DNA of 64,000 nucleotides from Thermoanaerobaculia bacterium (GTDB lineage: Bacteria; Acidobacteriota; Thermoanaerobaculia; Multivoradales; JAHEKO01): positions 15,221 to 79,220 of the forward strand of contig CAMYOG010000042.1 of assembly GCA_947259925.1 (NCBI GenBank), given 5' to 3'. Numbering within the stretch: the first letter of the stretch is position 1; each line of letters starts with the position of its first letter. The notes beneath the pieces are model-generated. The model made no database searches. It saw only the letters and a list, made by a program, of their open reading frames with translations, and was not told where the DNA came from. Position numbers and translations under genes: made by a program. This document shows, piece by piece, positions 63,124 to 64,000 of the stretch.

Positions 63124-64000
63124 AGTCCTTCTTCGGGGGCTTACCGGCGAGGTACTGGCCGGGCCAGGTCTGGTCGGGGTAGCCGTAGTCCGACGCGGCG
63201 GTCAAGGTCAGATACGGCTCGCGCAGGTGCGGGCGCGCCATCACCGCCAGGTCGGCCCGGCCGGCGGCCAGGACGGTGTTGGCGTGGTCGGCGCCCAGGA
63301 GCGCACCAACCGCGGCGACCGGGATGCCCGCCTCGTGGCGGATCTTCTCGGCGAACGGCACCTGGTACATCCGGCCGTAGAGCGGCTCGGAGTCGGGCGA
63401 GTTGCCGGCCGAGGAGACGTCCAGGATGTCGCATCCCTCGGTCTGGAGGAGCCGCGCGAGCTCGACCGACTCTGCGACCGTGACGCCGGTACCGTCGTCC
63501 ATCCAGTCGGTGGCCGAGATCCGCACCGACATCGGCCTGGTCTCCGGCCAGGCATCGCGCATCGCTCGAAAGACCTCCAGCGGATAGCGCATCCGATTCT
63601 CGAGACTGCCGCCGTATTCGTCGGAGCGCCGGTTGGAGAGCGGCGAGATGAAGCTCGACAGCAGGTAGCCGTGCGCCATGTGGAGCTCGATCATGTCGAA
63701 GCCGGCGTCCTCCGCGAACCGTGTCGCCCGGACGAAGGCGTCGCGCACCCGGTCCATGTCGCCGCGGGTCATCTCGCGCGGCGTCGGCCAGTCGGGCCGG
63801 AACGGCAGCGCCGACGGCGCCAACGTCTCCCAGGCGCCTTCGTCCGCGGTCAGCGGCACGTCGTCCCCGTGCCACGGGTGACGGACCGAGCCCTTGCGGC
63901 CGGCGTGGGCGAGCTGGATCGCGATCTTCGCGGGCGAGCGCTCGTGGACGAAGTCGACGATCCGCTTCCAGGCGGCGGCGTGCTCGGCCGAGTACATGCC
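63107..64000 (-). CDS. Old-yellow-enzyme domain, probably the C-terminal half of a bifunctional salicylyl-CoA 5-hydroxylase / anthraniloyl-CoA monooxygenase-reductase; 5' end outside the window
   Basis: QLAHAGRKGS, ELHMAHGYLLSSF, DEYGGSLENR, RISATDW, YGRMYQVPFAEKIR, ANTVLAAGRADL, WPGQY; neighbours are a thioesterase and an aromatic CoA ligase. Confidence 0.82.
   Translation of the reverse strand, partial: GMYSAEHAAAWKRIVDFVHERSPAKIAIQLAHAGRKGSVRHPWHGDDVPLTADEGAWETLAPSALPFRPDWPTPREMTRGDMDRVRDAFVRATRFAEDAGFDMIELHMAHGYLLSSFISPLSNRRSDEYGGSLENRMRYPLEVFRAMRDAWPETRPMSVRISATDWMDDGTGVTVAESVELARLLQTEGCDILDVSSAGNSPDSEPLYGRMYQVPFAEKIRHEAGIPVAAVGALLGADHANTVLAAGRADLAVMARPHLREPYLTLTAASDYGYPDQTWPGQYLAGKPPKKDSGTGK

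Overview
High-GC bacterial chromosomal window. Two Acidobacterial-type VWA/GWxTD-like proteins and the overall gene content suggest Acidobacteriota, possibly Thermoanaerobaculia (inference). About 36 kb (20.7-57 kb) is dominated by two complete, parallel aerobic respiratory branches. (i) On the minus strand: a b6f-like Rieske/split-cytochrome-b complex with an octaheme cytochrome c and a blue-copper-type lipoprotein, heme A/O synthases, and an A1-type heme-copper oxidase with two small unknown ORFs. (ii) On the plus strand: an alternative complex III (actABCDEFG) operon with SCO and an A2-type caa3 oxidase. The left end carries an acyl-CoA carboxylase beta subunit, a MoaD-MoaE fusion with MoeB/rhodanese and a JAB protease, xseAB, yhaM, an orphan HMG-CoA synthase with an upstream palindrome, parA, pspA and a surface protein. 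The right end carries part of an aromatic acyl-CoA (anthranilate/salicylate-type) catabolic cluster. A dispersed family of REP/MITE-like inverted repeats with core CGG(G/T)GACAGG occurs at five loci and supplies the start or stop codons of several flanking genes. No rRNA, tRNA, CRISPR array or transposase was recognised. All calls come from motif recognition by eye; no database searches were run.
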